64,000 bases of DNA. Source: Felis catus. Lineage: Eukaryota. A program made the position numbers and the translations under genes. The DNA lies in the NCBI RefSeq assembly GCF_018350175.1, contig NC_058368.1, positions 231,882,001 through 231,946,000 on the forward strand. The letters are read 5' to 3'. Positions within the stretch are counted from its first letter, which is position 1, and each line of letters opens with the position of its first letter. This document shows positions 63,002 through 64,000 of this stretch, piece after piece. The notes under the pieces are model-generated. The model was not told the DNA's origin, ran no database searches, and saw only the letters and a program-made list of their open reading frames with translations.

Positions 63002-63215
63002 GGGGCGCCTGGGTGGCTCAGTCAGTTAAGCATCCGACTTCAGCTCAGGTCACGATCTCGCGGTCCGTGAGTTCAAGCCCCGCGTCGGGCTCTGGGCTGA
63101 TGGCTCAGAGCCTGGAGCCTGCTTCCGATTCTGTGTATCCCTGTCTCTCTGCCCCTCCCCCATTCATGCTCTGTCTCTCTCTGTCTCAAAAATAAATAAA
63201 CGTTAAAAAAAATTA
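63002..63215 (+). mobile_element. Young Can-SINE nested in the tail of an older minus-strand SINE
   Basis: TSD aaagttta(t/c)tta. Confidence 0.95.
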
Positions 63216-63217
63216 AA

Positions 63218-63453
63218 AGTTTACTTATTTATTTTGAGAGAAAGGGGGAGAGAGAAGGTCGAAGAGAGAGAAAGAGAGAGAGAGAGAGCACGAGCAGCAG
63301 AGGGGCAGAAAGAGAGGGAGAGAGAGAGAATCCCAAGCAGGCTCTGCACCACCCGCACTGAGTGACATGGGACTCGAACTCACGAACCTTGAGATCATGA
63401 CCTGAGCCAATACCGAGTGTAATGCTTAACCAGCTGAGCCACCTGGGCACCCC
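63218..63453 (-). mobile_element. Can-SINE (host of the nested copy)
   Basis: Outer TSD catgctga(g/t)tttt near 62960 and 63457. Confidence 0.9.
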
Positions 63454-63736
63454 GGGCATGCTGATTTTTAAAGAATAAATTTCCTTTGTACTTTATATGA
63501 AAAACATGTCCTGTGACTCTTTTAAGACATGTGGCCCTTACACACTACAGAGGGCATCAAGATGATGTTTTTTAGTGTTTTTGTTTTTTTTTTTTATGGA
63601 AAAGTTTCTAGGAAGACAAAAGATGTCACGATAGGCATAGAATGAGCTTTTGCAGTTTTAGAGTACAGAGGAAGAAACCAGATTCCCAGACAAGTAGGTT
63701 TTCTGCCCCCAAAATGGGCATTGAAGAAAATAATTT

Positions 63737-63945
63737 GGGGGCGCCTGAGTGGCTCAGTCGGTTAAGTGTCTGACCTGATTTCGGCTCAGGTCATGATCTC
63801 GTGGTTCCAGAGTTGGAGACCCACATTGGGGAGCCTGCTTGGGATTCCCTCTCTCTCTCTCTCTCTCTGCCCCTCCACCACTCATCCTCTCTCTCCCTCT
63901 CTTCTCTCTCTCTCTCTCTCAAAATAAATAAACTTGAAAAAAATT
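63737..63945 (+). mobile_element. Can-SINE
   Basis: Head, (CT)n, A tail. Confidence 0.9.
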
Positions 63946-64000
63946 TTAAGAAAATACTGTGACATATGGATTTCATTTTGTAAATTAAGTCAGGAGGCCC

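Noticed and set aside
1..64000. CRISPR array, operon, phage/prokaryotic system or intact provirus
   Set aside because: No regular repeat-spacer array, no dense ORFs and no gag/pol/env; LTRs are solitary and of different families.

Overview
This is eukaryotic, non-coding mammalian DNA, almost certainly from a cat-family (felid/feliform) genome. About 40 tRNA-derived carnivore Can-SINEs of SINEC_Fc type and three carnivore L1 3' ends are recognisable. Older eutherian repeats are also present: MIR, L2, L1MC/ME, a CR1/L3 relic, MLT1 MaLR LTRs, ERV1/ERVL solo LTRs, and MER5A, MER20, MER53 and Tigger2 DNA transposons. No protein-coding gene, RNA gene or CRISPR/prokaryotic system can be supported. 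The ORF track is explained by SINEs, microsatellites and chance, except one L1 ORF2 C-terminal remnant (40624-40833). The strong minus-strand bias of retroelements and a T-rich plus strand suggest a long intron of an unidentified plus-strand gene. The best-supported unusual structures are an L1 insertion carrying an apparent 3' transduction (40244-40849), a two-subfamily chimeric SINE inside one TSD pair, an alternating +/-/+/- SINE quartet, and a tandemly duplicated compound polypyrimidine microsatellite. Several motif-dense unique blocks and two splice-site-flanked segments are weaker candidates. Repeat family names come from recalled consensus sequences, not a search, and boundaries of old repeats are approximate. 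I found no evidence for a novel biological system.
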